The notes beneath the pieces were generated by a model. It was not told where the DNA came from. It saw only the letters and a program-made list of their open reading frames with translations, and made no database searches. This document shows, in pieces, positions 32,543-41,205 of a stretch of 64,000 nucleotides of DNA (the first letter of the stretch is position 1; each line of letters opens with the position of its first letter). This DNA comes from a virus (taxonomy: Duplodnaviria > Caudoviricetes). The stretch is taken from IMG/VR virus record IMGVR_UViG_3300028832_000095, positions 96,001-160,000 of that record; one strand, 5' to 3'. Made by a program: the position numbers and the translations under genes.

Positions 32543-34273
32543 ATGGCTGATGGAAAAGCAAAAGTTTTTTATTTAACATATGAAAGATATGAGAATTTGA
32601 AAAACTCACAAGACCCAAACGAACATATTGATGCTAATTCATTTTATGTAGTATCTGAAACATCACAACTAGGTTCTAATATGCTTTCACTTTATCTAGG
32701 TGAAGCAAAACAATGTGATCTATTAGATATTACACAAGATGTAGATGATCCTGAAAATCCTATTGATTATGTAGATTTTATAAATAATGACAATATTCCG
32801 GAAAGTTATAAGATTCCTGATAAGCTATTATTCTATAAACAAGGTACTTATGGTGTTGATGAACATTATTCAATGCTAATGTATTATGTTCCGGAAGGGG
32901 AAGATAGACAGCAAGGGAGATTTATTCAAGTAGGAGATAGTTCTTCTATAAAACCAGATAATCTAACTATACTATTAAATCAAGCTACTAATGAAATATA
33001 TGGTGTAGGTGCTAACTTAGAAGGAAAAGAAATTACATATGGTGTAAATACATATACAGGTGCCGTTGGTGCAACCGTATATAATGATTATGTTAATAAT
33101 AAAAATGCAGGACAATACTCTAATGTATTTGGAAGTAGTAATGCTGATATAAATGGTGAGTTTGACACTATCTTTGGTTATCAAAATACTGTTAGTGGTG
33201 GAACAGTTAGAGGAAATACAGTTTTAGCAGAAAATGTTTCTTTATCAGCACCAACAATAAAAAATAATTTAGTAAGTGGTTCTAGTATTACGGTCGGTAT
33301 GGGAGGAAATTGTGAACATAACACAATCATCGGGTCTAACCATAATATAGGAATGGGAAATGTTCCGTTTATAAACAATCTGATTTTTGGTTACGGTGTT
33401 GTAAGTCCGGCTGGTAGTGGTCAAAATCCAACAAAAATAAGATATTCTATTATAGGTGGTAAAGATCAAAAAATAACAGGTGCTGCTGATGGATATGTTA
33501 TATTGGGATTGAACTCTTCCTGTGTGAATTGTTATGACGGTTCTACTATTCTTGGAAGTAGTCATACAGTCACAAATGGTGTTGAGGGAATATTGGTGGC
33601 AGGTCGTTCAAATGAAGTTGACACAACACATTCACCCTATGATGACGCCGGAATAATAGTTGTGGGAGATCATTTAAATGTTTCACAATATACGAATTTT
33701 GGTTTTACTGTTCTTGGAAAATATAATGATACGTCTGTAAAAGATTCTATATTCACAATAGGAAATGGAACAAGTATAACAAGGTCAGATGTAATTAGAT
33801 TATCTAATACAGGTCTTTTACAAGTTTGTGGAACTAATGGAGATGTTGTAACATCAACAGGAAATAACTTAAACACAGAAATAAGAACAGTACCGATATC
33901 TACAACCTCTCATACATTTTTAGTTCTTCCATTTAACGGAAAAGAAACTATACTACAAAATACCGTATCACCAAATACAATATCAAGTATAGGAATATCA
34001 GACATAACATACATGAGTTATAACAATGGTCGTGGTGATACGTCTATGGCAACATCTGATGATTATAATTCGGTTATTGTATTCAAAAAAGGTTCTAGTA
34101 TGACAACAGCCGATAGTGTATTAGCAAACTTCACAGACCCAGATCTACCAAAAATATACTTGCTAAATCCAGATATTGATATTTCAACATTTGATATTCT
34201 TCACGTTATGTTATTTAATGACGGATTTCATATTTGTGCTATCGTTGCAGGATATGAGGAGGCTTCATCATGA
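32543..34273 (+). CDS. Adhesin / tail-fibre-like beta-solenoid protein
   Basis: Gly/Asn-rich short repeats (xxFG/xxIG-xxN) and TVLGKYN...FTIGNG...RSD motif typical of fibre/adhesin domains. Confidence 0.55.
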   Translation: MADGKAKVFYLTYERYENLKNSQDPNEHIDANSFYVVSETSQLGSNMLSLYLGEAKQCDLLDITQDVDDPENPIDYVDFINNDNIPESYKIPDKLLFYKQGTYGVDEHYSMLMYYVPEGEDRQQGRFIQVGDSSSIKPDNLTILLNQATNEIYGVGANLEGKEITYGVNTYTGAVGATVYNDYVNNKNAGQYSNVFGSSNADINGEFDTIFGYQNTVSGGTVRGNTVLAENVSLSAPTIKNNLVSGSSITVGMGGNCEHNTIIGSNHNIGMGNVPFINNLIFGYGVVSPAGSGQNPTKIRYSIIGGKDQKITGAADGYVILGLNSSCVNCYDGSTILGSSHTVTNGVEGILVAGRSNEVDTTHSPYDDAGIIVVGDHLNVSQYTNFGFTVLGKYNDTSVKDSIFTIGNGTSITRSDVIRLSNTGLLQVCGTNGDVVTSTGNNLNTEIRTVPISTTSHTFLVLPFNGKETILQNTVSPNTISSIGISDITYMSYNNGRGDTSMATSDDYNSVIVFKKGSSMTTADSVLANFTDPDLPKIYLLNPDIDISTFDILHVMLFNDGFHICAIVAGYEEASS

Positions 34274-34560
34274 ATAATAGAATGAAATTATTAAAGAGAT
34301 ACTATTGTAGTATTCCTACCAAAACAGAACCAGAACCGGAATTTACATATACAGTATCAAATAATGAAGCCACAACAGAATTTTATTATGGAACTAAAAC
34401 ATCTGTAACTGTTCCAAATACTCTTGGCGGATATCCGGTAAAAGAAGTTGGAAACACCACATTCAGTCTTGGAGCTTTAAAATTAGAGGATCTTGAAAAA
34501 CCAGATACAACACAAACAATCACATCTATCACTTTCTCAAACGGAATAGAAAAAATTTAA
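34270..34560 (+). CDS. Short protein resembling the N-cap of BspA-type leucine-rich repeat proteins
   Basis: FTYTV...YYGTKTSVTVPNTLGGYPVKEVG...ITSITFSNGIEKI. Confidence 0.55.
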   Translation: MNNRMKLLKRYYCSIPTKTEPEPEFTYTVSNNEATTEFYYGTKTSVTVPNTLGGYPVKEVGNTTFSLGALKLEDLEKPDTTQTITSITFSNGIEKI

Positions 34561-34726
34561 GCAATTCACTTGACTTTTTGAATGTAGTGTGTAAGTAACA
34601 GTTTTTGTTAAATATAAAAATTATAATAGTTATTTACATTATTTATAAAAATTATTCAATAAATAGTAGATAAATATAAATTGGAATAACTATATAAATA
34701 ACAACAAGATTTGGAGGTTGTTATTT

Positions 34727-35410
34727 ATGGTTAAGATAAGTGATCTCAATAAAGATTGGTATACTCCTGGTGATGTGGCTAGTATGCTCGGTGTTGTTCC
34801 TATGACAGTTATAGGATATGATAAGAAAGGTATTATGTCATTTGAGAGAACACCAACAAACAGAAGAACCATATCCAAATATAATCTTATTAAAAGTTTG
34901 AAAGAACTAAAAATTTTAGTGGATGATTCTTACAATAAGTTTGATGCCATATACGCAAGAGTGTCTACTCAAACACAATCTAAACGGGGTGATTTGGATC
35001 ACCAGATAAATACATTGTTATCTTTTTGTGCAGCAAAAAATCCAGTCAATCTTCAGATATATAAAGATGTTGGTAGCGGACTCAATGATAAAAGAAAAGG
35101 TATAATAAAACTTATTCATGATATAGAATCAGATAAAATAAGCAGATTATTTATTATGTATAAGGATAGATTAACAAGGTTTGGATTTAATTATTTATCT
35201 GAAATTTGTGTGACACATAATACAGAAATTATACAAGTCTCAAAGGAAGTCGTTACAAAAACAACGCAAGAGGAGTTGGCGGAAGATTTGTGTGCAATAA
35301 TACACTCTTTCAGTGGCAAATTATACGGGCTTAGAAAATCTCAAATAAAAGATATTAACGAAAAATTAAGTTTTTTGAGGGAGGTGAATGAGAATGATGA
35401 CTCTGGTTGA
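34727..35410 (+). CDS. tnpA: IS607-family transposase (HTH + serine recombinase)
   Basis: N-terminal HTH (RTPTNRR), YARVST, DVGSGLN, DRLTRFGF, ELAEDL...FSGKLYG. Confidence 0.92.
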   Translation: MVKISDLNKDWYTPGDVASMLGVVPMTVIGYDKKGIMSFERTPTNRRTISKYNLIKSLKELKILVDDSYNKFDAIYARVSTQTQSKRGDLDHQINTLLSFCAAKNPVNLQIYKDVGSGLNDKRKGIIKLIHDIESDKISRLFIMYKDRLTRFGFNYLSEICVTHNTEIIQVSKEVVTKTTQEELAEDLCAIIHSFSGKLYGLRKSQIKDINEKLSFLREVNENDDSG

Positions 35411-36605
35411 AAAACATATAATTAAAAGAAACCATAGATATTACAATAAAATAGATCATATTTGCTTTCTTTCAAAGAATCTATACAATTCAACATTGTA
35501 TGTTATCAGGCAACATTATAAAAATACAGAAGAATATCTTAATTATAATGAGGTAAATAAAATATTTACAGATAAAAAACAGATAGATTATTGTGCTTTG
35601 CCAAGAAAAGTGAGTAAATGCACCCAAATGCTTGTTGATAAAAATTATAAAGCATTTTTCAGTAAACACAAAAACGGAGATATGAGATGCCGACCTCCAA
35701 AATACCTAGATAAGATAAATGGTAGACAAGTTACTATGTACTGCAAACAAGCGTTATCTTTTAAAAGAATAGGATTTGTTAAACTATCAGGAACAGATAT
35801 CTTTATAAAAACAGACAAAGATGTTCAGTTTGTGCGTCTTGTTCCTAGAAATGGTTATTATATTATTGAGATTGGATATAATATACATTCAAACGATATT
35901 AAGATAGATAATAGCAGATATGCTAGCATTGATTTAGGAGTTAATAATCTTGCAACAATAACATCAAATGTATTTAGTCCAATTATAATAAATGGAAAGC
36001 CTGTAAAGTCTATAAACCACCACTATAATGAACTTGTTGCGAAATACAAGTCAAAATTACAACTGATAAATAATAAGAAAACATCAAATAGAATAAAGGC
36101 ATTCGGACGAATAAGAAATAATAAGATAGATGATTATTTTCATAAGGTATCCAGATTTATAGTGAATCATTTAGTTTCCACAAATGTTAATACTCTCATA
36201 ATTGGATACAATGAGGGATGGAAACAAGACACTAAAATGCACAAGGATGATAAACAAAACTTCATCTATATACCGTTTCTAAAATTTGTAAGAATGCTTG
36301 AATACAAATGTAATCTTGTTGGTATATGTGTTATTGTTCACGAGGAATCATATACATCCAAATGTAGTTTTATGAATCAGGATGTAATGCCTACATATGG
36401 AAACAAACTAATTGATTTTAATCCAACTGGAAAACGGATAAAACGTGGATTGTATAGAAATAATGATCTTTCTGCGATAAACGCAGACGTAAATGGATCA
36501 TACAACATAATGCGCAAAGTTCTTACTGAAAAAGCAGCATGGAACGAGAATATTTTCTCGAACTGTGTAGAGGTGTGCAGTACACCATTAGTTAAATCAT
36601 TTTAA
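35388..36605 (+). CDS. tnpB: TnpB RNA-guided endonuclease
   Basis: SKNLYN, RuvC-I SIDLGVNN, IGYNEGWKQ, EESYTSK, RuvC-III NADVNGSYNI. Confidence 0.92.
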   Translation: MRMMTLVEKHIIKRNHRYYNKIDHICFLSKNLYNSTLYVIRQHYKNTEEYLNYNEVNKIFTDKKQIDYCALPRKVSKCTQMLVDKNYKAFFSKHKNGDMRCRPPKYLDKINGRQVTMYCKQALSFKRIGFVKLSGTDIFIKTDKDVQFVRLVPRNGYYIIEIGYNIHSNDIKIDNSRYASIDLGVNNLATITSNVFSPIIINGKPVKSINHHYNELVAKYKSKLQLINNKKTSNRIKAFGRIRNNKIDDYFHKVSRFIVNHLVSTNVNTLIIGYNEGWKQDTKMHKDDKQNFIYIPFLKFVRMLEYKCNLVGICVIVHEESYTSKCSFMNQDVMPTYGNKLIDFNPTGKRIKRGLYRNNDLSAINADVNGSYNIMRKVLTEKAAWNENIFSNCVEVCSTPLVKSF

Positions 36606-36625
36606 CTATGAATTAGATTTTTATA

Positions 36626-36654
36626 TTAACTATGAAAATCTAAACTGTTATAAT
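36626..36654 (+). promoter_or_regulatory. Hybrid promoter: IS-derived -35 plus native -10 for the clpP-like gene
   Basis: TTAACT (36626-31)-17 bp-TATAAT (36649-54) with TGn extension. Confidence 0.55.
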
Positions 36655-36675
36655 AATTTTATGGAGGTGGTTGAT

Positions 36676-37323
36676 ATGCCAGATAATTCCTTTATTCTTC
36701 AACAGCCAAATGATTCAAGAATCCTTTACTTGAATGGTGATGTTGAAGATACAAACATTTCGCAAGTATGCAAAGATCTACTCAATATCATTGAAGAAGA
36801 TAAGAAAGGGCTTGAAAAATTCAGAGATTACAAGCTACTCCCGATCAAACTCTATGTGCAGTCTTATGGTGGATCAATAAATGATATGTGGGCATTGATT
36901 GATATTATTGAATCAAGTACAACACCTATTATTACATATTGTTCCGGATACTGTATGTCAGCAGCAGCACTTATATTCCTTGCTGGACATTATAGATGTA
37001 TGTATAAACACTCGTCAATTATGTTCCATCAAATGTTTGTTGCTACATTTGGAAAGATCATGGACTTCAACCTAGAACAAAAACAGTTTGATAATATGCA
37101 TCGGGATATGATTAAATACATCAAGAAGCATACTAAACTGACAAAGAAGTTCTTTCATAAGATGGTTGATATGAAACGTGATATGTATTTGGATGCTAAA
37201 CAGTGTTTGAAACATGGTGTCTGTGACAGTATTATTGATAACTCAGATATCCGGAGTGATATCAAAAAGCAACTTACTATTATCCTAAATCAACAGGAAT
37301 GTGGAGGATTAGAGGATGAATGA
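36676..37323 (+). CDS. clpP: ClpP-like peptidase (S14)
   Basis: YVQSYGGS, GYCMSAAALIF (catalytic Ser), IMFHQ (His), DMYLDA (Asp). Confidence 0.8.
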   Translation: MPDNSFILQQPNDSRILYLNGDVEDTNISQVCKDLLNIIEEDKKGLEKFRDYKLLPIKLYVQSYGGSINDMWALIDIIESSTTPIITYCSGYCMSAAALIFLAGHYRCMYKHSSIMFHQMFVATFGKIMDFNLEQKQFDNMHRDMIKYIKKHTKLTKKFFHKMVDMKRDMYLDAKQCLKHGVCDSIIDNSDIRSDIKKQLTIILNQQECGGLEDE

Positions 37324-37565
37324 TAAAAAGTATTGGATTGTAAGACCTATCATCAATGGTTTTGAAACTTGTATGTGTCTTTATGGCACAGAGGAAGAAC
37401 TTAGACAGTATATTCAAGTAATGCTAAACGGTGTGACAGCTTATGCAGAAGCTACTGAGGATATTGCACAGATGTTCCTAAGACTAGCAATGAAAGTTTA
37501 TATGTGTCCAAATATTATTCCGGAAGAACAGAAACAAAAAGAAACAGAAGAAAATGTATAATATA

Positions 37566-37602
37566 AACAAAAACGATCTACTTCAAGTGGGTCGTTTTTG
37601 TT
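37566..37602 (+). terminator. Intrinsic terminator
   Basis: aacaaaaacgatctac/gtgggtcgtttttgtt stem. Confidence 0.75.
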
Positions 37603-37634
37603 ACCTATAACATATGATATTTTTCAAAAATAAC

Positions 37635-37669
37635 TTGACTTTTTCGAGAAAGTGTGTTATACTATATTT
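37635..37669 (+). promoter_or_regulatory. Sigma-A-type early promoter (repeat family)
   Basis: TTGACT-17-TATACT-ATATTT. Confidence 0.85.
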
Positions 37670-37887
37670 AAGTAAATGTGTGGGAGAAGAAAGGTGACTG
37701 TTATGAAGAAGTTTGTACCTTATGAAAAACTATCAAAAAAGAAGAAAAAAGAGATCAACAACAAAAAGCGCAATACATGGGGAGATATGAATCCTGAAAC
37801 AAGGATTATCAATAAGAACTTTAAGAAGTTGAAGCAGATGGAATATGAAGATAGTCTTGATTATTAAAAATAAAAGGAGTTATTATT

Positions 37888-38100
37888 ATGAGAAAATATA
37901 AGATATCATTAAATAGTGATGAAGATCATGTTCGTCAGATTAAGGAAGGGCTTGCATCTAATGATGGATACTGCCCATGTCGTATCGGGAGACTTCCTGA
38001 AAATAAATGTATGTGTCAGGAGTTTAAGGATCAGTTGAAAGACGATAACTTTGAGGGTCTTTGTCATTGTGGTCTTTATCTTAAACAGTTTAAGGAGTAA
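37888..38100 (+). CDS. Ferredoxin-thioredoxin reductase catalytic (beta) subunit-like protein
   Basis: GYCPCR...KCMC...CHCGLY, the CPC/CxC/CHC signature of FTR-c. Confidence 0.85.
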   Translation: MRKYKISLNSDEDHVRQIKEGLASNDGYCPCRIGRLPENKCMCQEFKDQLKDDNFEGLCHCGLYLKQFKE

Positions 38101-38103
38101 TGT

Positions 38104-38568
38104 ATGGACATTATTGGAAAACGGTTTGGAAAGTTAGTTGTTCTATCTAACGATCCAAACAGGAAATATTATGTTATGTGTCAGTGTGATTGTGGTAACA
38201 TAAAGTCTATTCGCTCTTGGAGCCTTACAACTCACGGCAAAAGACCTGTTCGTTCTTGTGGATGTGAAAAGGAAAGGGCTTGTTTAGAAAACGCAGAATC
38301 CCATAACAAAGTAGATAAGGCTTTCAATACAAAGTTTGGGATCATAGAAAGTGATAAACCTTATATCAACAATAAGAGTGGATATAAGGGAGTATGTTGG
38401 GATAAGCGTAGGAACAAGTGGTGTGCTGATATTCGCATTCAAGGCAAACGATTCAGATTAGGTAGATTTGATAATATCGAAGATGCTGTAAAAGCAAGAA
38501 TAGAAGCAGAAGAAAAACTACATGAACCTGTAATCAGATTAAAGGAGGAAAAATTAGGTGAACATTAA
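38104..38568 (+). CDS. AP2-domain DNA-binding protein (homing-endonuclease-associated type)
   Basis: GKRFGKLVV, CQCDCG, SCGC, NNKSGYKGVCW...W.A.I...LGRF. Confidence 0.75.
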   Translation: MDIIGKRFGKLVVLSNDPNRKYYVMCQCDCGNIKSIRSWSLTTHGKRPVRSCGCEKERACLENAESHNKVDKAFNTKFGIIESDKPYINNKSGYKGVCWDKRRNKWCADIRIQGKRFRLGRFDNIEDAVKARIEAEEKLHEPVIRLKEEKLGEH

Positions 38569-38888
38569 AGAAAACTATATGGGATTTTCCGGAACTGTTA
38601 TTAGTGCTTTACGATATTGTTTAGGGAGAATGACATATATGCCGTCACTTGTTATTGAATTTGTCACTCCGTATCTACAAGAAATGGAAACGAAGGATTT
38701 GTATGTTATTCAACGAGACATTGTTGAACATGGTAAATTTGTAGTAACTCCACAAAAAGTAACACTCACATATGACGAACGTGGATTGTGTAAAGAGTGT
38801 TATGGTGATGAATGTGATTATAGAACATGGATGGATTTTCTGGAAAAGGTAGAAGCTGAACTTTATAACAGAAAGGAAGACACAGAAG

Positions 38889-39260
38889 ATGAATCTTAAT
38901 GAAGCCATTGAACATCTGGAAGAATTGCTTAATGACACAAACAGAGAGTGGAACTGTGAAGAATGTAAAAATGAACATGAAGAACTTTATAACTTTCTAA
39001 AAGAACTTCAAACAAGAAGAACTCAATCTGATAACAGTTGGCATAATTTCAAAACAGATCCTCCACCGGAGAATGAGACTGTTCTTGTGGTGTTTGAATA
39101 TTTCAGATACGGTGATTATAATAGAATGTATAAAGACATTGGCTTATATGAACATCCATACGATCATTTTATAAACGGACAATCTGGTTGGAAAAATCTA
39201 AGAATCATCAAGTGGAAACATCTTGGAATTACAAACTATGATATTATTTCTGAAAAGTGA
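38889..39260 (+). CDS. Hypothetical protein (DUF551-like C-terminus)
   Basis: WHNFKTDPPPENETVLV...IIKWKHL. Confidence 0.45.
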   Translation: MNLNEAIEHLEELLNDTNREWNCEECKNEHEELYNFLKELQTRRTQSDNSWHNFKTDPPPENETVLVVFEYFRYGDYNRMYKDIGLYEHPYDHFINGQSGWKNLRIIKWKHLGITNYDIISEK

Positions 39261-39605
39261 GGTAAATAATTATGAGTAAGATCAAACTAGGTCAGGTTGT
39301 TGATTGTATTATCACATCTATCTGGACTGCTATTGGGGCTTTCTGTTCAGCAAGAGCCGCAACGACAAATAGCATGGATGCTGTATTTATTTACTTTGCT
39401 GTAGCAGTTGCAAGTTTCTATTTTATGTCACATTGTTTATCTAAAACAATCCATAAAAATGTAGAGCGTGATTATTTCTTTGAAGATGATATGACAAAAT
39501 ATCCATAATGTAGAATTAAACTCACTACAAACATATATAATCAAACTCCTTCAAACATATATAATGTGGATGTTTTCCGCAATTTGTTGAAAGGAGTTTT
39601 TGACT

Positions 39606-39980
39606 ATGAAATTGTTTATTAAAGAAGGACGTTACGAAGATGATATGGCTGTTGCAAGACATATGTCAAAGTGGCTTGAACCAGATCCAGTAGATGATCC
39701 TGAAATGAGATACACCAGTGCAAAAATCACAGTGAGTTGTCTTGATACGGATGAGGATTATGAAACTGAGTTTGATTTCGATGTTTATAACTCTAAGAAG
39801 TTACCTAACGAAGATTTTGAAGAATATGTAAACAAGAATGCTTCACTTCTCGCACAGCAAGAATGTGAACAGGAAGGTTCTCTGGAGTTTATCGGAGTAA
39901 CAGATATTCAGTTTGAAGAAGAACCTTATTATGAAGATAAGTACGAGAACGATGATTTTTACGATCCATACGAATATTGA
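39606..39980 (+). CDS. Acidic candidate capsid-cargo protein (MKLFIKE/G)
   Basis: IKE signal; RBS sequestered in a hairpin. Confidence 0.55.
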   Translation: MKLFIKEGRYEDDMAVARHMSKWLEPDPVDDPEMRYTSAKITVSCLDTDEDYETEFDFDVYNSKKLPNEDFEEYVNKNASLLAQQECEQEGSLEFIGVTDIQFEEEPYYEDKYENDDFYDPYEY

Positions 39981-40013
39981 TTGATTGTTCTTCACATTAT
40001 AATTATTTATTCT

Positions 40014-40048
40014 AAACGTCACATTTATTTGTGGCGTTATTTTTTTTT
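40014..40048 (+). terminator. Intrinsic terminator
   Basis: aacgtcaca/tgtggcgtt stem plus T run. Confidence 0.7.
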
Positions 40049-40059
40049 GAAATTTCCTA

Positions 40060-40095
40060 TTGACTTTTTTGAGTTATTGTGTTATAATATGTTTA
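40060..40095 (+). promoter_or_regulatory. Sigma-A-type early promoter (repeat family)
   Basis: TTGACT-17-TATAAT. Confidence 0.8.
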
Positions 40096-40775
40096 CGGAG
40101 GTGTTGTATATGAATGAAATGCAAAGTAATTCATTAAAAAACATTAAAAGACAGGCTAATGAATATGCTGACAGTATTTTTGGAAGAGGACATATAAGAA
40201 CAATGAAATTAGATTCTTTGGAATATTTTATTTCTGCATGGTTTGAAATTTCTCCAATTGATGATGATATTGAAAAGTTTCCATACCCAACAGCACATAT
40301 TTATATTTATCCGGATGGTTCACTCAGATATCCAGTTCACATAAACCATGATATTTATGATGAAGATTACATAGATTTTAAGACAACTATTGAGTGTCAG
40401 TCGGCTAGAAATAAAAATATAAGAAAGGATGATCTATACTATGAGTAAGAAGAAAGAAACAATTGAACCGGAACAGATTGGAGTTATTCTTAAAATTCCA
40501 AAAGGATGTAAAAAACTAACCCTTACAGCAATCATAGAGCAAGACGGAAAAGAATTGTCGGTATCTACTACGCTTAAAAAGAAAGCCCTTAAAACTGCTA
40601 GAAAAGACTTCCTTGATAATGTTGAATTTGGTGATGATTATGATGAAGTCTATGCTCTTACAGACGAAGGTAAAGCATACCTTAACAGTCCGGAAGGTAT
40701 GGCAGAATTGCGCAGAATCATCGAGGAAGAATTAGACAAAGAAGATAATTAAATAATAAAATTTTCTAAAAACAC

Positions 40776-40810
40776 TTGACTTTTTCCTTATAATGTGTTA
40801 TACTATATTT
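40776..40810 (+). promoter_or_regulatory. Sigma-A-type early promoter (repeat family)
   Basis: TTGACT-17-TATACT-ATATTT. Confidence 0.85.
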
Positions 40811-41205
40811 ACAAGATATTATGAAGGAGGAAGTCACTATGTTAGATCCTAATAGACTGTTTGAGGAAGGTATCGTTACAAAGGATATCAAGAAAATTCG
40901 TCAGGCTCAGTATGAGTATGAGATTCTTTTGGAACAGGAAATTATGCTTGACAATGAAGATCACTATGACCTCCGTGAAGATATCTCTAACTATGAGGAA
41001 TGTGGGTGGTGTGCATGACAGACAGTTATTTCAATATGTTTGCCAGAGAAGTTATTTCTGACAAACAATATACAGATGATTCAATAATAGATTATATACA
41101 AGAAGGTTTACATGAAATAGAATATCCAAATCCTAGAAATATTCCAAGATATCCAATTGATCCTTATGAATGGATTCATATAGTAGTATTACCTTGATAT
41201 AGGAG

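Larger units (their letters stand above)
34593..36648 (+). mobile_element. IS607-family insertion sequence (TnpA serine recombinase + TnpB)
   Basis: Gene pair; ends inferred because removal (one TGT copy kept) restores the consensus promoter TTGACT-17-TATAAT. Confidence 0.85.

Noticed and set aside
32543-34560. Diversity-generating retroelement target in adhesin/LRR genes
   Set aside because: No reverse transcriptase or template-repeat/variable-repeat pair seen in the window.
34593-34726. IStron (group I intron-IS607 chimera)
   Set aside because: Left end is only ~135 nt, very AT-rich, with no recognisable group I core, and the insertion is in a promoter rather than a CDS.
34596-36650. taacagttt/aaactgtta as terminal inverted repeats defining the IS ends
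   Set aside because: Those boundaries do not restore the promoter consensus and IS607 elements do not rely on TIRs; the TGT-core boundaries explain the flanks better.
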